In this document: one piece after another, positions 61,386 to 64,000 of the stretch | Position numbering within the stretch: position 1 is the stretch's first letter | Layout: each line of letters starts with the position of its first letter | Origin: Myxococcales bacterium | GTDB taxonomy: Bacteria; Myxococcota_A; Polyangia; Polyangiales; Polyangiaceae | Assembly (NCBI GenBank): GCA_043747615.1 | Contig: JAYTOU010000023.1 | Span: forward strand, 166,697 to 230,696 | DNA: 64,000 nt | Direction: 5' to 3' | Notes under the pieces: generated by a model | Told to the model about the DNA's origin: nothing | Seen by the model: only the letters and a program-made list of their open reading frames with translations | The model's database searches: none | Made by a program: the position numbers and the translations under genes

Positions 61386-62141
61386 CTAGGCGGCGGTCGC
61401 GTCTCTGGACACCTTCATGTGCTCAGCCACACCGTCGCGGTAGCGATGCCACGCCGCGAGCGCCCGCTGGCAAACGTCGAGCACCGAGCGAGCTTCGTCG
61501 CTGCCGTCGCGCGTGTGGTCGATGACGATGCGCCAGGCATCCGAGCGGTGACCGCCTTCGACCGCGGCATGCGCGCGGGTAAGCTCCATGGCTGACGGCG
61601 GACAGCCATAGTGAAGGACGAGGGGATGCCGGCGAACGGCCTCCTCGCCTTGCGCGCGCGTGTACGTACCGGCGAGCTCTGCGCGTTCGTTGACGCTGCC
61701 CTCGACGAAAATCGTCATCAGTGCGACCGCCGCCTGCCACGGAGCTACGCCGGTCGATTGCCGCAAAAAATCGCGGTAGTAGCGGGCTGAGGGATGCAGC
61801 CACGCGTCCTCGTTTTCGAAGTCGCTCCGGGAGTAGCCGAGCCCGTCCATCATGCGCAAGAAGAGCTCCGGATGCGGCGCGCTCTTCGAAAGGCCGCCCG
61901 TTTGCTCCTCGTAGATGTTCTCGGCGAGTGAAGCGCGCACGCTCGGAAGCGGCGGAACCTGGCCGAGCACCCGCGCGATCAAGATCGGAAAGTCGCGCAC
62001 GTACACCGCGTACTCGTGACGAAAGTGCACGAGGAGCTGGGAGCGCGACAGCCCCGGTCGCGTGAGAAACGGAAACGCCCAGTGGTGTTTTTGGTCCATG
62101 AGCGCGAGGAGACGCTCGCCCAGATCGCTAGTTTCTCTCAC
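61386..62141 (-). CDS. Heme-oxygenase-like diiron enzyme (PqqC/CADD/TenA superfamily)
   Basis: ENIYEE......H and HAAVEGGH metal-ligand pattern. Confidence 0.75.
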   Translation of the reverse strand: MRETSDLGERLLALMDQKHHWAFPFLTRPGLSRSQLLVHFRHEYAVYVRDFPILIARVLGQVPPLPSVRASLAENIYEEQTGGLSKSAPHPELFLRMMDGLGYSRSDFENEDAWLHPSARYYRDFLRQSTGVAPWQAAVALMTIFVEGSVNERAELAGTYTRAQGEEAVRRHPLVLHYGCPPSAMELTRAHAAVEGGHRSDAWRIVIDHTRDGSDEARSVLDVCQRALAAWHRYRDGVAEHMKVSRDATAA

Positions 62142-62201
62142 AGCCTGATCGTGACACCGAGAACTCCGGACGTCACATTTTCGGCGGCGAGGCCCTTCGG
62201 A

Positions 62202-62372
62202 CTAGTGAGGGGTGGTGCTGCCGCTGATGAAGTAAAGAATCGTGAGGGCGATGGCGAGCGTGATCACGCCGATCACGAACAGGCGGGGGCCCGTCCATTC
62301 CTCTTCGCTGATCGTGGGATCCGCAACCATGGCGGCTTTGGGGGCCGATTTCTTCGCGTCGCTCGTAGCCAT
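62202..62372 (-). CDS. Small single-TM protein (56 aa)
   Basis: ATG 62372; one hydrophobic helix LFVIGVITLAIALTILYFI. Confidence 0.55.
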   Translation of the reverse strand: MATSDAKKSAPKAAMVADPTISEEEWTGPRLFVIGVITLAIALTILYFISGSTTPH

Positions 62373-62421
62373 CAATCCCCACACAAAACACCACTTCCGC
62401 GCGTTCGACAAGCCCAGGTTT

Positions 62422-62637
62422 CTAGAGGATCAGGTTTGAGTACCCGAACTCGTGCCCAAGATAGCCGGCGCGCTCGGCGAACGCGTAGGCGCGGCTGAGG
62501 ACATCCAACGGCGCGAAGGCCTGAAGGAGCGCGAAGTGGCTTGTGGTCGGCTCGTGCATCCCGGTGAAGGGCCCGCTCACGACTTGTGGCCGAAACCCAG
62601 GGCCGATGCGGAGGTTCGTCTCGCCCTCCCGTGCGCC
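62422..62637 (-). pseudogene. queA: QueA-family C-terminal remnant
   Basis: Manual translation GETNLRIGPGFRPQVVSGPFTGMHEPTTSHFALLQAFA...AYAFAERAGYLGHEFGYSNLIL* matches the QueA-like C-terminus; N-terminal bulk absent. Confidence 0.7.
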
Positions 62638-63723
62638 TCAGTCTTCGACGTGCATCGTGAGCTCGGGAAGAGCGGCAAAGGCGTCGGCGGTGTTGATGGC
62701 CTTGCTCGGCGCGACCACCCCTCGTGATTCGAGGGTACCGGCGAGCGCGCGCGCAGCGTAGAGCGCCTGGATTTCTGCGGTGAGGCCGTAGGGATCGCGG
62801 CCGGTAACGAAGACGCGTACGCAGCTCGTACCGCGCCGAGCCTCGATCAAGATTTCGAAGGCGGCGTCGCGGGCCTCACCTTTGGGACCGCCGGTGGAGC
62901 GGGCGATCACCCGTGTCAGAAGCCCGTTTCCGAATCTTGCGACGTAGGGCAGTAGCCCCTTGGTCACGGACAGCGCGCGCGCCGCTCCTTTGCCCATAGC
63001 CATGAACGTTCGGACGTTGTTCGCGCCGGTGTGGGAGGAGACGACCACCGACTCCGGGCTTGGAAAGGACGCTCCGGTCACTCTTCGGCCGGAGCGCAGC
63101 GAGAAGGCCTTGACCGTTGTGCCCACCGACTCGAGACGAAGCGCTCCGTCGATGAACTGCTTGGCGTCCCCCGCGGCGATCATGCGCAGCGCCGATTGCT
63201 TCGTCCCTTGGGACGTGCCCGCGCCGTACCCGCTCTTGGAGTCGATCACGTAGAGGATGGAAATGTCGTCGGGCGCTCCGCCCAGTCGTTTTGCGGCCTC
63301 GTGCGCCCCCCAGTCGGCAGGCGCGATCTCGTAAGCGAGCGACGGCACCATGCACGCGCCACTCGCCTCGGCGGTCGCGCGGTAACGGCTCACGGCCTGC
63401 GCGACGAAGAGCTGCTCTCCGGTGGTGTCGGCGTAGTGAATTCCCATGCGCGCGCAGCTGGCGAGGATTGGCTCGCCGACGTCCACGAACGGTCCCGCGC
63501 ACGCGCACACCACGGTGCGCCCTTCGAGTCCGGCTCTGATCGAGTCCGAAGAGCGAATGTCGATGAGGCTCGTCTCGACGCCGCCGAGGGCGCGGCTGAG
63601 CGCATCGAGCTTCTCCTGGCTACGTCCGCCGATCGCGAACGACAGGCCGCGCTTGCGGAGCGCACCGCAGACGAGCTTTCCGGTGAAGCCCGTCGCTCCG
63701 TGGACCAGCACTCCTTCGCGCAC
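62638..63723 (-). CDS. Saccharopine dehydrogenase-like NADP oxidoreductase
   Basis: HGATGFTG, GGR, CAGPF..GEP, YADTTGE, DPYGLTA. Confidence 0.88.
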   Translation of the reverse strand: MREGVLVHGATGFTGKLVCGALRKRGLSFAIGGRSQEKLDALSRALGGVETSLIDIRSSDSIRAGLEGRTVVCACAGPFVDVGEPILASCARMGIHYADTTGEQLFVAQAVSRYRATAEASGACMVPSLAYEIAPADWGAHEAAKRLGGAPDDISILYVIDSKSGYGAGTSQGTKQSALRMIAAGDAKQFIDGALRLESVGTTVKAFSLRSGRRVTGASFPSPESVVVSSHTGANNVRTFMAMGKGAARALSVTKGLLPYVARFGNGLLTRVIARSTGGPKGEARDAAFEILIEARRGTSCVRVFVTGRDPYGLTAEIQALYAARALAGTLESRGVVAPSKAINTADAFAALPELTMHVED

Positions 63724-63752
63724 GGTACGTCTGTATCGTGGATGCTTCTCGG

Positions 63753-63786
63753 AAAAAAGCGGGTCCTCACTTTCGCAAGGACCCGC
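63753..63786 (-). terminator. Rho-independent terminator downstream of 6S RNA
   Basis: - strand GCGGGTCCT-loop-AGGACCCGC-TTTTTT. Confidence 0.85.
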
Positions 63787-63794
63787 CGGAGTTA

Positions 63795-64000
63795 GTGTTC
63801 CGTACCGCCGTCGCCGTATGCGGATCGCATGAACCCCTAGCCTCACGGCTAGGTGGGAAGCGCCGACGATTCAGAAGGCTTCCGAGATTATCCTTTCACC
63901 CACGACGGGCTTTCGCCTTGTGAGAGTGACGCGGCCCGGCGTGCACAGAGAACGGTCGTTGCCTCCCTGGTTCGTGTCATAAGGGATCCACGGAAACCGC
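63795..64000 (-). ncRNA. ssrS: 6S RNA (5' end probably just beyond window)
   Basis: - strand has 6S-like segments GAAGCCTT...CCCACCT-hairpin-GGGGTTCA...CGGC; long-range pairings GGATC/GATCC, GAACC/GGTTC, GGGAG/TTCCC; followed by terminator. Confidence 0.65.

Noticed and set aside
62638..62640. UGA as a selenocysteine codon joining the oxidoreductase to the QueA fragment
   Set aside because: The upstream protein is complete at this stop, the position is not a catalytic Cys equivalent, and the fragment looks degenerate
62452..62727. 91-aa plus-strand ORF
   Set aside because: Antisense to the QueA remnant and the oxidoreductase 3' end; no motif support

Overview
High-GC core-chromosome segment. 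Gene content (Hanks kinases, PEGA/TPR proteins, many Cys-rich lipoproteins, a TIGR04563-type small protein) points by inference to a myxobacterium, probably Polyangiales. All product calls come from motif recognition by eye, not database searches. Housekeeping genes: obgE (partial), pspA, lpdA, a 2-oxoacid dehydrogenase E1-alpha, tmk, panC, a YitJ-type methyltransferase/MTHFR, prfA, rpmE, ssb, a CtpA-type protease, tRNA-Ile2(CAT) and a probable 6S RNA at the right edge. No CRISPR array, integrase, transposase or prophage was found. Most notable observations: (1) a tightly coupled ~13.7 kb MoxR/DUF58/ABC-2 operon with a 1638-aa three-VWA fusion protein; (2) an orphan SctU/FlhB gene overlapping obgE; (3) an alkyl-DHAP synthase with a truncated paralogue, near glpA/glpB lacking glpC (possible ether-lipid module); (4) two tandem Pro/Ala-rich membrane paralogues sharing a 30-bp upstream motif; (5) an exported Fam20/four-jointed-like kinase; (6) an unannotated QueA C-terminal remnant; (7) pervasive D-[AGS]-[GAS] motifs in exported proteins.
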